Assembly: GCA_002269645.1 (NCBI GenBank)
Contig: NIVC01000084.1
Location: forward strand, 434,001 to 498,000
Source of the DNA: Macrostomum lignano
Lineage: Eukaryota
Reading direction: 5' to 3'
Length of the DNA: 64,000 nucleotides
Part shown: positions 12,701-32,149 of the stretch, piece by piece
Position numbering within the stretch: position 1 is the first letter of the stretch
How the letters are laid out: every line of letters begins with the position of its first letter
Position numbers and translations under genes: made by a program
Notes under the pieces: model-generated
What the model saw: the letters and a program-made list of their open reading frames with translations, nothing else
What the model was told of the DNA's origin: nothing
The model's database searches: none

Positions 12701-12983
12701 TCAGCAGAGGCGAGAGATTTTGCATCCAAACACGCCAAGATTCGCTCAGCCAAATGATCCAAGCCACATGTTGGCAGTACACTGATAAAGTCTCGCTGCA
12801 GCATGGGAGCTAAGTAGTCCTGCACTTGGCCATGCTGATAATGCGACATACTGCCCAGTAACTGTTCAACAAAGTTCACCTGTTCCATTTCTGACCAAGT
12901 GGAGAATTGCTCTAAGCAGACTGACTGCTCAGACAGAAATTGTTCAGACAGTGACATGATGTACTTGACTTTTTCTGATACAG
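9782..12983 (-). CDS. BTRC: beta-TrCP (F-box/WD40 protein, FBXW1/FBXW11/slimb orthologue)
   Basis: Exons 12983-12631, 12130-11807, 11308-10810, 10170-9782 with compatible phases. D domain ([21 protein letters not shown]), F-box ([23 protein letters not shown]) and seven WD40 repeats ([27 protein letters not shown] ... [29 protein letters not shown]). The start may be ATG 12957 or an unidentified upstream exon. Confidence 0.93.
10205..12580. repeat. Three different minisatellites, one per beta-TrCP intron: 44 bp (~10205-10760), 33 bp (~11375-11720), 28 bp (~12165-12580)
   Basis: Units gatgttcaccgaaaaaggttcaatgaaagtcgggaggtgccttt, ataatcccaattgataatcctctcttgtgcttt, ggaggctggcccagcaactgacactctg. 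Confidence 0.92.
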
Positions 12984-15900
12984 CTGAAATTCCAAGGTGC
13001 AGTATAGGGTCACAAAGTTTAGTGTTCCAAAGGATGATACAAGTAGAAAGATATGAAAATTTTATTACTTAGAAAAAACTTGAGACTGTTTTTTTAAATA
13101 TTAACTAAATATGACTAACATTAAGAGTCTAATATTTGGATTTTTATTTTTTTCAATTCTATGAATTAATAATCATTTTTCCAATCTGTAATTAAAAGAG
13201 TTTGGGAAATACTTTAAATTTGTAAGACCTAGGGCTATACAAATAGTATTTAAATATTGGCTCAATGTTAGTTTTGAGACCAAATTTTATACCATTTTAT
13301 AATAAGAGCATCTTACATCTAATTCCTAGTAACAGAATATCTATTCTAGGTGGCGGTATTAGGCAAAGTAAAAAATAAACTAGATAAAATTTTGGATTGA
13401 CCACCTATGATTTTTTTTCTTTTGTGCATAATTAGAACTAGACTGTGCATAAAACTATGCATAACCATGAATTTTTTATAACATTCATTTTAAATTAGAC
13501 ATAGAACTATTTGTTTTAATACTACTAAGTCTAGTAATTTTTATTGATTTTTAAGCTTAGATTTATTAAGTTTATTGTTTTACCATATTTTTGCATTATG
13601 TGGCTTTATTATATCCATACTGATTTGTTACAATTTTGGTTGGCTTTTCACAATTATATATTTTAGTATGCTGTGCTGACTTATCTCTATTTTTATTTTT
13701 TATTGGCTAGATAACTTCAATTGCTAAAAGCACTTTTGTTTAATGTTAACAAGACAACTATGTAAAGTTAATATAATTTAGCCTTTTATTTAAATGATAT
13801 AAAGAAACCATAGGCACAGTGCCGCATAGATAAGTCTATATACTTTTTAGCCTTTTTTGTCTAGCTAATTTAGCATAAATATAATAGGTGCTCTATAAGT
13901 TTAAATAATATAATCTTATGCTATAATAATTTCAAGAAGTATTTTAATTATATACTATATTGTCGTACTGATCATGATAAGATACATACCTATCTAGAAA
14001 CCTATCTAGGCCCCTATAATATAATTAGAGATGGTATACAAAATATCATAGGCCTAATCAAGAAAAAGATATATATTCTTGAAGCTTCCAGGGTACACCC
14101 AAAAATTTAATATTTTATATTGGTATAAAAAGTTAATTGATTAATTGATTTTAGGCTTTGCCATTTAGTTTAGTATTTTGGTATATCACATGACATAGAA
14201 AATTAAAAAAGTATGTTATCAATAAGAATCATAGGTTGTTCATGCATTATATTCATAAAATTTGGTAACTATTTTACCCAACATTGATTTCTGTATTTTT
14301 ACAAGGTTAATAATTTGAAATTTAAAAATACACAAACTGTTTTTGTTCTTTAATAGGCCTAGGCCTATATATACACAAATATGATATTTATACAAATATA
14401 TACATTTATAACTGCATCTAATCCAATTGAAAGTTGAAACTAGGCAAATGTCAAAATCACTTATTGAGTATTAAATGTTTCAAGATTTACAATTTAAAGC
14501 TCTGCTATAAGGTACAAGGTAGTAGGCCTATATTTGGCATAAATTGGTGTGCACCAAAAAAATTGGTCATCTTTTCTAAGGTCTATATACAGTGTTCTGA
14601 ACTATGGACTATATATATTGTAGCAATAGGCTTTTGCTAGGTCACTAGGAAAAAAAGACAATTTATCAAATTTTATACCAAAGTATGTCAAGCTTTTTAT
14701 CCAATTTATGACATTTTATGGTAAATATAATATAAAAGGAGAAATATGCTATATTTACGCCAACTTCTAATTCAACTGCCAATCAATTATACATTAAGAA
14801 ATTTCTAGCATATATATGCTAGAAATGCTAGATATATCTTATATGATCTCCGATGTGACCGATGAGTCTTAATTAAAAGAATCACAATAATAAGCAAATT
14901 ATGGCCTGGGACAATAAGCTTATTAAGGTAGGCCTAAAGTATACTCTAAAGACTAGGAAAAAGGCTGGTTAAAATCTGCCATTCTTTAAGAGTCGTTCAC
15001 TAAAATACATCTTTAAGTAGCACGATTTTTTGGTTCACCCGCCCGGCCGCGCGGGCCATGCCAATTCTCGCTAAAATTAAATTTCTATGTGCGGAAGTTT
15101 CCTAGAAGCTGCTTTTCGTTAGAACAAAACTATTAAAATATCGGTATTTTATTTAGTTTTAGATTGTCTTTAAAGTATGCCAAAACCAAAAACATCATTA
15201 AATTTTTTAGGCTACTTTTTTAGAATATTTTAGGCTTAATCTTAATTTGCACCTGCGAAAAAGCACGAGCACGGCGGTAAGATCAATAACGTAAGATCAA
15301 TATAGAACACAACTGTCAATGGATCTTCAATATATACATCCTTTAAGTTCAAAGGGCATATCAAGGACAAGTCAAGTAGAAGAATTGGAAACGACGTTTC
15401 CTGTAATTTTTTAAGAGGCAAGGTTTTATCGAAAAATGCATGTTACATGTTACGGGAGCAACATAGAATCCTAATTTTCTAAACGAAAAGCTTTACTATT
15501 GGGTCTCGATCCCTTCTATCAAAAGCAATAACACTTTTGTGCTGAAAAAATGAAACCTATCTCAGTAATATATTTTTTGGTAAACCAGCCTCCTAATTTT
15601 TCATAAAAACGTAGCGATTCCCGTCCTTCTACTTGAGTAGTCCAATTGTACTGAAACGTGTGTACACACGACGAATTTAGCTTTACTGCACAAGATTGGA
15701 AGAAATAATTTGGTATTAATTGTTTTTAAGATTTACTAGTAGCGCTTAAAGTACATGTACACAGTTCTGAGCTGTTATCAGAGACCAAGCACAAGTAGAT
15801 CGTTTTATAAGGTGTATATTTAGTGCTTATAGTGAATGTTAACTTTTGATGTACGAGCGTCAATTTATTTTGCCAGCTTAAACTTTAAAGATCAAATAGC

Positions 15901-16449
15901 TACGGCCGCTGCATGCTTCCACACTGTAGTCTTAAAGGTCTTCATCGAGTACTGCGCAGCAATTGCATGGTAACAACTAAAACAAACCGCGTATTGAATG
16001 TAACAAAATTACGTGTATAGCTACTCGTGTAAACTGTTACAATTTCGCGTTCACATAGTGTTAATTACATGCAAATGGATTATTTATATATATATGCATT
16101 TAGTGCAGATGTTCAGAAGTTATATTCAAAGTCAGGCATGAAGTCAACAGCCTTAAAAAGTCAACACTGCAAGCTTATATGTGATCAAAAAAGATTTGGA
16201 ATTGTATATATCTTACATTTAAAGATAAGCTAAATGTCTCGTGTAGTAGGACGTTCAACAAAAGCCGAACTATATATAAATTCCATGCAAATAAAAATCA
16301 AGATTTTCGATAGAAGCATTCATCAAAACCATTTGGTCCATGCAGGCTAAGCGCAGCTGCCTATTGTGCTCGTACGTTTCTAAAAAGTAAAACATTATTA
16401 AAACAAAGTAGTAGTTTGCACATTTTTCAAGTTTTTCGTAATTCCAGTT

Positions 16450-22338
<5,889 letters not shown>

Positions 22339-22375
22339 TGTTTGCTAGAAGGAAGGGGTCACGTTACTTAATTAG

Positions 22376-24280
22376 TGAGAGGCAGATTCAAGGACTGATG
22401 TAAGAGCGGAGAGGCAGATTCAGAGACTGAGGTGACAGCGGAGAGGCAGATTCAGAGACTGAGGGAGAGCGGAGAGGCAGATTCAGAGACTGAGGTGAGA
22501 GCGGAGAGGCAGATTCAGAGACTGAGGTAAGAGCGGAGAGGCAGATTCAGAGACTGAGGGAGAGCGGAGAGGCAGATTCAGAGACTGAGGTGAGAGCGGA
22601 GAGGCAGATTCAGAGACTGAGGTAAGAGCGGAGAGGCAGATTCAGAGACTGAGGTGACAGCGGAGAGGCAGATTCAGAGACTGAGGGAGAGCGGAGAGGC
22701 AGATTCAGAGACTGAGGTAAGAGCGGAGAGGCAGATTCAGAGACTGAGGTGACAGCGGAGAGGCAGATTCAGAGACTGAGGTAAGAGCGGAGAGGCAGAT
22801 TCAGAGACTGAGGTGAGAGCGGAGAGGCAGATTCAAGGACTGAGGAGAGAGCGGAGAGGCAGATTCAAGGACTGAGGTGAGAGCGGAGAGGCAGATTCAA
22901 GGACTGAGGTAAGAGCGGAGAGGCAGATTCAAGGACTGAGTTGACAGCGGAGAGGCAGATTCAGAGACTGAGATGAGAGCGGAGAGGCAGATTCAGTGAC
23001 TGAGGTGAGAGCGGAAAGGCAGATTCGGAGACTGAGGTGAGAGCGGAGAGGCAGATTCAAGGACTGAGGTGAGAGCGGAGAGGCAGATTCAAGGACTGAG
23101 GTGAGAGCGGAGAGGCAGATTCAGAGACTTAGGTGACAGCGGAGAGGCAGATTCAGAGACTGAGGTGAGAGCGGAGAGGCAGATTCAGGGACTGAGGTGA
23201 GAGCGGAGAGGCAGATTCGGAGACTGAGGTAAGAGCGGAGAGGCAGATTCAGAGACTGAGGGAGAGCGGAGAGGCAGATTCAGAGACTGAGGTGAGAGCG
23301 GAGAGGCAGATTCAGAGACTGAGGTAAGAGCGGAGAGGCAGATTCAGAGACTGAGGTGACAGCGGAGAGGCAGATTCAGAGACTGAGGTAAGAGCGGAGA
23401 GGCAGATTCAGAGACTGAGGTAAGAGCGGAGAGGCAGATTCAGAGACTGAGGTAAGAGCGGAGAGGCAGATTCAGAGACTGAGGTAAGAGCGGAGAGGCA
23501 GATTCAGAGACTGAGGTGAGAGCGGAGAGGCAGATTCAAGGACTGAGGAGAGAGCGGAGAGGCAGATTCAAGGACTGAGGTGAGAGCGGAGAGGCAGATT
23601 CAAGGACTGAGGTGAGAGCGGAGAGGCAGATTCAAGGACTGAGTTGACAGCGGAGAGGCAGATTCAGAGACTGAGATGAGAGCGGAGAGGCAGATTCAGT
23701 GACTGAGGTGAGAGCGGAGAGGCAGATTCAAGGACTGAGGTGAGAGCGGAAAGGCAGATTCAAGGACTGAGGTGAGAGCGGAGAGGCAGATTCAAGGACT
23801 GAGTTGACAGCGGAGAGGCAGATTCAGAGACTGAGATGAGAGCGGAGAGGCAGATTCAGTGACTGAGGTGAGAGCGGAAAGGCAGATTCGGAGACTGAGG
23901 TGAGAGCGGAGAGGCAGATTCAAGGACTGAGGTGAGAGCGGAGAGGCAGATTCAAGGACTGAGGTGAGAGCGGAGAGGCAGATTCAGAGACTTAGGTGAC
24001 AGCGGAGAGGCAGATTCAGAGACTTAGGTGACAGCGGAGAGGCAGATTCAGGGACTGAGGTGAGAGCGGAGAGGCAGATTCGGAGACTGAGGGGAGAGCG
24101 GAGAGGCAGATTCGGAGACTGAGGTGAGAGCGGAGAGGCAGATTCAGGGACTGAGGTGAGAGCGGAGAGGCAGATTCGGAGACTGAGGTGAGAGCGGAGA
24201 GGCAGATTCAAGGACTGAGGTAAGAGCCGAGAGGCAGATTCAAGGACTGAGGTGAGAGCGGAGAGGCAGATTCAGTGACA
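22376..24280. repeat. ~32-bp satellite (gagcggagaggcagattcagagactgaggtga), ~1.9 kb, in the putative SLC1 5'UTR intron
   Basis: Direct reading. Confidence 0.95.
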
Positions 24281-25121
24281 TAAGAAATCGTATACAAAAT
24301 AAGTACCTACCTGCAATTAACGACCGGATGTTAAAACTTCGCAGGAACTTATTCTAGCAACGGAGGTTTCTGGACCTTAAAACTAGATTTATAAAATTTC
24401 GTATGTTTGTATTGCGTCGTTAATACGTTTTCACAACGCTTGCAGACGAAAAATACATATGCGAGCTGAAACGAGTTTTGGAACAGAAAGAAGAAACAGA
24501 CAGGCAGAGGGAGGAACAATTCGCATTCAAGTTTGAGTAGCGTTAAAATAGTTCTACCTTAAAGCCTGGCCGCGTGTTTACTCAAGTGTTTTCTTCATTC
24601 CCTTGAGCCATTGTCCTGAAAAATTGCAGTGCACAAAGTGTGCATTTTCATTCAGGCAGATTTCTGCTGACCACTGCAGGCAGAGGAGAAGCAAGAGATG
24701 CCTGCGTACATGTCGATGGCTTGCTTTGGCCCTGCAGACCCAATGCCTTCTCCCAAGCTCAGGTGAGACTATTACTCGTATTTCGTCAGCCAACAACACG
24801 TGACTGGGTATGCTCGGACGCCCTATTTTTGTCCAAATCTAGCTTGCTATATCTAGATGTTGCTCTAGGGGAAGTGTCGACACTTTTTTCATGTAATCTC
24901 AAGAATACATAGAAAAAAGGAGTTACATAGGAAACGTTGTCCATCCCATGGGCCATGATATATCGTTTATTGAAATTTACACAATTACACCGTTTATTAC
25001 ACTTTTATTACACAATTTAAACACTTTAAAAATACTATAAAAACTTAAAGAAACTTTCAAAGATAAAAGTATGCAGTGAGGGCCACTAGAAGCTACTTTT
25101 GTATTATGTACCATTTCACCT

Positions 25122-25559
25122 TGCACTGCCTGTCCGATGCTGCCGCATTCCGCATCTCCAAGGCGGTCTCGGAGGGGCACTGCAGCATGCAGGCGACCGA
25201 TGCGTTTCCATCCGGCATTCTCGTTGCCCAGTTCGAGCCGGCCTCTCTCCGCTGCAGTCTCTTCCGCTACCAGTCCGTGTGTCGCGACCTTGTCTCTGGC
25301 GGTGCGAGCAGCGACTGCCGAGTGCTCATCCGATTTCCGATCAAATATCCGGCTCAGCTCAACCCGAAGCTCACAAACGTGTGGCTCGGAGACGACATGT
25401 CTGCATTTGAGAATGTCGTGTGCCAGGCTGACGAAGAGACCAACCGAATTTATCCGGTCGGAGTCCAGTGGACAGAGGAGGGCGCCGCGTTCGATTGGAG
25501 CAGCTCGTTTCTGGCCATGAACAAGAGCGACATCGGGTTCGGCACAGGCGTCACGGTGC
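25122..25559 (+). pseudogene. PAN-like/LamG gene family copy A: core-only fragment, no signal peptide, truncated by a SINE fragment
   Basis: HCLSDAAAFR...GFGTGVTV is nearly identical to copies B-E; homology stops at 25559. Confidence 0.8.
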
Positions 25560-25567
25560 CTACCATC

Positions 25568-25713
25568 CTAACGGGCAGATGTGCAACCGACAGCTCAGCC
25601 GCAGCTATTTGCGTGCCCGCATCTGAAGGCTGCGTTCGGCTGTTCAGTCTAAGGACTGAATGTCAACAACGCTAATGCTGGCACTCATTTTACAGCTGGG
25701 TGAACAGAAGCAA
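25568..25713 (-). mobile_element. SINE fragment (3' part of the family seen at 50050-50332)
   Basis: ctaacgggcagatgtgcaaccgacagctcagccgcagctatt...catctgaaggctgcgttcggctgttcagt...cattttacagctg matches ~50053-50220. Confidence 0.8.
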
Positions 25714-26969
25714 TATTGAAATTATATAGAGATTTAGTATATTGTGGCTAGCCATCCGCGCCCTCCAAATGGGGAGGCAACAAAAAAGAAACAATAATTT
25801 GTAAGAGCCGAGAATATAGGAGAGAGTAAATAAAGTATATTAGGCATTAAGGATCGAAAGCATTCAATATAAAAAATTGTCAGTAACAGAATAACGGTTA
25901 GAAAAAACAACTCACCCCTGAGGGGCAGAGGTTTAAATGAATAGAGTCTCATGTGCAATGAGCACTTGACCAAAGAGAGGAATAGAATAACAAACACAAG
26001 CACCAAGGCACAATCTCACACGCAAACCTCAAGTGCTTAAATAAACTTCATATAGGATTTGCTCTTGTACAGTCGCTATTGTTTGCATCTTTGGGGAAAT
26101 TATATTTTAAGCAAAAAGAATCACCCCCCTGTGAGCTTTCAAAGCCTCCCTTTAAGCCATGGCTTTAACCTTAACTCCCCTTTTGATCTATCTTTTGCTT
26201 AGCCTACCAACAACTGCCAATTGAACCTTGGCATCGCAACAACCTGAAGACAATCGTTCAGGCAACGAATTCATGTAACTATGTATTTAGTCAGAAAACA
26301 GGAATACACGGAAATAATTGATTTTCCGAATTTAACAGACTTTTAACAATTTGCAGATGCAAAGATAAATGTTTACATGGCGCACCAACCACGTTATTTG
26401 AGTTTCACAACCGGATCTAAATTCCGTTCAAATAATGAAGCCTAACCAAGGTTTACATTAGGAACAAATAAGTCTAACAAAAATTCCTAGATAAAGTTTC
26501 ATAGGTGTCAACTGCAGTGCCCAGATCAGGTTCTGCTCGACAAAATAAATTTAGAGTGTGGAAATTAGGAAACTTTGCGCCCGACTCGTTTGGGAGGCAA
26601 AAAAAGAGAGAAATAAAAAACTTTGAATAGACTTCATGTACGAGCGTATGTACAATGTACAATCGATATTGTTAGTATCCTAATGAAAAAGATTGTTAAT
26701 GCGAAAGGGCATTAGCCCTGAAAGCCATCTACTAGCAAATGAAACATTATCCTGTCAGGCTTTTTCAACCATTAAAATCAATTTGAGTTCGAGTAGTTCG
26801 AGTCTGCATGGAGGCAGATAATTTATCTGAATAAAAACTAAGTCAATTATTTACCTGTGACATTAATGATTGTCTCCCATGCAACTTCAATGCTTTAGTG
26901 ACACAATTAAAGATTTTTTACGTTTAGGTTGGAAGACATTTTTGCTGGAGCTGTGTTAATCTCCAAGAG

Positions 26970-28735
26970 CAGTGCTAATCTGTGTGGACTGATGCTAATT
27001 TGTGAGGAGTCGTGTTAACCTGTATGGAGTGGTGCTAATCTGTGTGGAGTGGTGCTAATCTGTGGGAAGTGGTGCTAATCTGTGGGGAGTGGTGCTAATC
27101 TGTGGGGAGTGGTGCTAATCCGTGAGGAGTGGTGCTAATCTGGGAGGAGTGGTGCTAATCTGTGAGGAGTGGTGCTAATCTGTGAGGAGTGGTGCTAATC
27201 TGGGAGGAGTGGTGCTAATCTGTTGGGAGTAGTGCTAATCTGTGAGGAGTGGTGCTAATCTGTGAGGAGTGGTGCTAATCTGTGGGGAGTAGTGCTAATC
27301 TGTGAGGAGTGGTGCTAATCTGGGAGGAGTGGCGCTTAATCCCTGGGGAGTGGTGCTAATCTGGGAGGAGTGGCGCTTAATCCCTGGGGAGTGGTGCTAA
27401 TCTGTGAGGAGTCGTGTTAATCTGTATGGAGTGGTGCTAATCTGTGTGGAGTGGTGCTAATCTGTGGGAAGTGGTGCTAATCTGTGGGGAGTGGTGCTAA
27501 TCTGTGGGGAGTGGTGCTAATCCGTGAGGAGTGGTGCTAATCTGGGAGGAGTGGTGCTAATCTGTGAGGAGTGGTGCTAATCTGTGAGGAGTGGTGCTAA
27601 TCTGGGAGGAGTGGTGCTAATCTGTTGGGAGTAGTGCTAATCTGTGAGGAGTGGTGCTAATCTGTGAGGAGTGGTGCTAATCTGTTGGGAGTAGTGCTAA
27701 TCTGTGAGGAGTGGTGCTAATCTGGGAGGAGTGGCGCTTAATCCCTGGGGAGTGGTGCTAATCTGTGAGGAGTGGTGCTAATCTGTGGAGAGTGGTGCTA
27801 ATTTATGGGGAGTGATGCTAATCTGTAAGGAGTGGTGCTAATCTGTGGGGAGTGATGCTAATCTGTGGGGAGTGATGCTAATCTGTAAGGAGTGGTGCGA
27901 ATCTGTGGAGAGTGGTGCTAATCTGTGGAGAGTGGTGCTAATCTGTGTAAGGAGTGGTGCTAATCTGTAAGGAGTGGTGCTAATCTGTGTGGAGTGGTGC
28001 TAATCTGTGGAGAGTGGTGCTAATTTATGGGGAGTGATGCTAATCTGTAAGGAGTGGTGCTAATCTGTGGGGAGTGATGCTAATCTGTGGGGAGTGATGC
28101 TAATCTGTAAGGAGTGGTGCGAATCTGTGGAGAGTGGTGCTAATCTGTGGAGAGTGGTGCTAATCTGTGTAAGGAGTGGTGCTAATCTGTAAGGAGTGGT
28201 GCTAATCTGTGTGGAGTGGTGCTAATCTGTGGAGAGTGGTGCTAATCTATGGGGAGTGATGCTAATCTGTGGGGAGTGATGCTAATCTGTGGGGAGTGAT
28301 GCTAATCTGTGGGGAGTGATGCTAATCTGTGGGGAGTGGTGCTGATCTATGGGGAGTGATGCTAATCTGTGGAGAGTGGTGCTAATCTATGGGGAGTGAT
28401 GCTAATCTGTGGGGAGTGATGCTAATCTGTGGGGAGTGATGCTAATCTGTGGAGAGTGGTGCTAATCTATGGGGAGTGATGCTAATCTGTGGGGAGTGAT
28501 GCTAATCTGTGGGGAGTGATGCTAATCTGTGAGGAGTGATGCTAATCTGTGGGGAGTGATGCTAATCTGTGGGGAGTGATGCTAATCTGTGGGGAGTGAT
28601 GCTAATCTGTGGGGAGTGATACTAATCTGTGGGGAGTGATGCCAATCTGTGGTTAGTGGTGCTGATCTATGGGGAGTGGTGCTAATCTGTAAGGAGAGGT
28701 GCTAATCTGTGAGGTGTGGTGCTAATCTGTTGGGA
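26970..28735. repeat. ~20-bp minisatellite (gtggtgctaatctgtgagga), ~1.75 kb
   Basis: Direct reading. Confidence 0.95.
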
Positions 28736-29480
28736 TAATCTTATACTGCATAATCCTCAAAAGAATAACCGAGCTTTAAATGTCGTTAGGCTTTGTTGTT
28801 TTTTCGTTTTTTAGGTTCTGTTTTTTAGAGAGTAGCGAGATCTTAAATTTTCAAGTTTTGCTTCAAGAAGACAGCCGTTTTTGTGTCAAAATTCTATCTG
28901 CCATCTCTTTCTGAACGGTTCACACCATTTCCTGTGACAAAAGTTTTCCATAAAGCGTTTTAAATAGAAGAAATTGTATTTAACCATTTAAAAATATTAA
29001 AGACAATTTAAGCAAACGCCTGGCATATTCTACAGTTGTCATTTTTCAAGATATGACTGAGTTCCATCTTAGAAGAGTGAAGGCAAGTGTACTTGTTTTG
29101 TTTAAAATTTCAGTTTAATAATTAACGTTATTGTATAATTAAGAAGTAAACGAATTTACGACCCATTTAAAGTAGTCATTTTTTTATATAAATCGCTTGA
29201 ATTCAAAAGACCTAATAAATCTCAAATAACAGGAGCAAATCGCTAATGCTAAGGCGACAAGCGTAAAAGTCTAGAAAAATTTAGGAATAAATATCAATAT
29301 CAATGGAAACTAGTAAATTATTAAATAGCTACTAACCTAAATTTAGGCCCAAAGTTAACAAGCAGGGAATAATTTTATCATCTAAGCTAGCAGAAGAAAA
29401 CAATAAACTATATCTCTCACATCAGAGGCGAATTAACCTTGCATTTCTTAGAGTTACAATTAAAAAGTAAATTCTGAGTT

Positions 29481-30458
29481 TTACTGGATATGGTTGAAAA
29501 AGTCGCGGATCTCGCTTTCAGACATGGTGACGTTGCTCATGGCGATGGCCCGCACAGTCCCTTTGAACATTCGAGCGTCATTCAGTCGCTTGCCGAACCT
29601 GAAGCAGTTCTGAGGCAGCAAGGCGAAGTTGCCACTAGTATCCAGAATGATGGAGGACGTCGGCAAGAAGGCGTCGTTCACGAACACTCCCCACGAGTCA
29701 GCCGCTGGAGTTGATGTAAATCCGATGTTCACCCACTCGTTCGCGTTCGAAGTCAGCGGAGTTGTCGAGGTTCGATAGCGTCTGGGAGCAGAACCAGCTT
29801 CGGTTTTGATCACGAAAAGAAGTTTGGAAGCAGCGTTATGCTCCCAAATGTGATGCTGTAGTAGTTCGGTCTCAAAATTGGCGCAGTCCAGGAACTCAAA
29901 GAAGGCATGCACCTGCGGCTGTCGCTTCATCCTGAGCAGCACCGTGACGCCTGTGCCGAACCCGATGTCGCTCTTGTTCATGGCCAGAAACGAGCTGCTC
30001 CCATCGAACGCGGCGCCCTCTGTCCACTGGACTCCGACCGGATAAATTCGGTTGGTCTCTTCGTCAGCCTGGCACACGACATTCTCAAATGCAGACATGT
30101 CGTCTCCGAGCCACACGTTTGTGAGCTTCGGGTTGAGCTGAGCCGGATATTTGATCGGAAATCGGATGAGCACTCGGCAGTCGCTGCTCGCACCGCCAGA
30201 GACGAGGTCGCGACATACGGACTGGTAGCGGAAGAGACTGCAGCGGAGAGAGGCCGGCTCGAACTGGGCAACGAGAATGCCGGATGGAAACGCATCGGTC
30301 GCCTGCATGCTGCAGTGCCGCTCTGAGACCGCCTTGGAGATGCGGAAGGCGGCAGCATCGGACAGGCAGTGCACCTGCATCTGAGTCCATGTGTCTCCGG
30401 CTCTGCACTGGCACACAACCAGCAGGCTCAAGGTGAGCAGCAGTATCTCGAGGATCAT
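29481..30458 (-). CDS. Copy B: secreted protein, degenerate PAN/apple-like domain + LamG/concanavalin-A-like (pentraxin-like) domain, ~325 aa
   Basis: Open frame from MILEILLLTLSLLVVCQCRAG (signal-peptide-like). LamG-type motifs AAFDGSSSFL, VTVLLRMK, EWVNIGFTS, FVND, FRFGK..FKGTVRAIAMSNVTMSESEI. The domain assignment is by motif recognition, not a search. Confidence 0.72.
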   Translation of the reverse strand: MILEILLLTLSLLVVCQCRAGDTWTQMQVHCLSDAAAFRISKAVSERHCSMQATDAFPSGILVAQFEPASLRCSLFRYQSVCRDLVSGGASSDCRVLIRFPIKYPAQLNPKLTNVWLGDDMSAFENVVCQADEETNRIYPVGVQWTEGAAFDGSSSFLAMNKSDIGFGTGVTVLLRMKRQPQVHAFFEFLDCANFETELLQHHIWEHNAASKLLFVIKTEAGSAPRRYRTSTTPLTSNANEWVNIGFTSTPAADSWGVFVNDAFLPTSSIILDTSGNFALLPQNCFRFGKRLNDARMFKGTVRAIAMSNVTMSESEIRDFFNHIQ

Positions 30459-32149
30459 TGCTTGAAAGTCAAAGTGTGTGTTTATTGAATGATCGAATAC
30501 ACTAAAACAAGGTACATGGGCGTATTTTAGTTGTTGCGGATTCAAATTTAGCTTTGAGTCCGCTATGCTGAGCTCTCCGCTTTGTCTTTTACATGTAAGC
30601 CTCTCGGATTTCGAAATGCACCGCAGATGTCTGTTGAGTTTGCTCTGCTCACAAAGCTTTTAATCGTAGCTTCCTGCTAGGCATTGTTTCTACTAGCAAG
30701 GCCAATATTTCGATCCATTTACAAGTTTTGTTAATGCATATGGAATATTTGCCAGCCTTTTACCTTCACAACCACGCCCTCGCTAGCTGCTGGCGAATGA
30801 TTGGGAACCTGCGCTAAATTTTGTCTTGTAGTTACCGGTAAAGGTTCCCCAATTCTGATGAAGCATGGAATGCAAATGGAGCGGCCAGGGCTTTTGTTGA
30901 CCAACGTTTTAAAAACTCAAAGCATGCAGAGTAGAAAATTTTAAGGCTTTGATCTCGCATAAGTTTTCATGCATGCGAGGCTAAAATGAAGTATAATCAC
31001 TTCTGGTTTTTCTACCTGCATTCCATTCGAGAATCAGACTTGGGCAATTGTGATAGGAAATTCTCATTTTGCTTTTTTCTACTCTGTAAGTTTTCGGAAC
31101 TTATTCTTCGAACGATTAGTTTGTCCAAGGCCAATCCTTTATTTTACGCCTCCCTTCGTTTCGACCCAATATCTAGCGATGACAGCTAGGCGTGCATGAA
31201 CACAATCACTAGCAGACAATCGGTAAGCTCAGGATGAGCAGCACTAGCTTGTGAATCCCGGCATGAAAAGATAAAGTGTGCTTTCCGAGTTCGTTCGAGT
31301 CCTGAGTTATATGTGTTTATGTGCTAGAGTATTTGCTTATGGTGATTAAGCATCCTTAATACGGATGAAGCATCATCGACAATTAGAGCATCAGTCTCTG
31401 AGAGACTTCTCCAAGTTTTTGGAGATAAGTTTAGTGAAATTCACTGATTCGAAAATTTTTAAATCCAAAATGAGACATCGGTTTGAGCAGCAAGAACTCA
31501 CACAGCGCTTCAGCAGAGTCGTCACGGCTATCGCCAGGTGCAGCAGATGTATGGCCGAGAGCCAAGCAAGATCCATGACTTCTTCGCTGCACCAACGAGG
31601 AATAAAACTGGCTGATGAACCTGCACACAATTTATCTCTGGCATAAGATTGTTCAACTCCGTGGAATGCTGTTGTCCGACACGAGTTCACCAGGTGCTTC
31701 ATATATGTTAAACAACTCCCTCATTTTACCTATCACCGAAGCTGCATATGAATTCTGAAGTCAGCTCGTATGTACACAACAGGGTAGTGAGAATAGTAAT
31801 TGCCTATCACTAGCAGAGAATTCCTGATGACAATGGACCTGCACTGACAAGCTTCCATGCTGTCTTGAGCAGATCCCTCGGGATGATCTGGCTCAACTCC
31901 CTCACGATGAGACCAATTTCTGAAAAATCATTCATGCGCTTTTCGTTGCACATTTGCTATCGAATTCTGAGGAGTTACAGAACGATCAATGTGTCGCATA
32001 CATTCCATTCGTCCATGCTTTCAATTCGAGACGGACGCTTATGATTCATAATCAGCTTTAGCCAAGCAACTGGAAATTTTTTATTCGCTTATATCTAAGT
32101 TTTTTAAAGCACGATATTTACTCCAGATATATATTTTTCACTCAGCCAG

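Noticed and set aside
25743-26240. Solo LTR (TG...CA, AATAAA inside)
   Set aside because: No matching target-site duplication and no second copy in the window.
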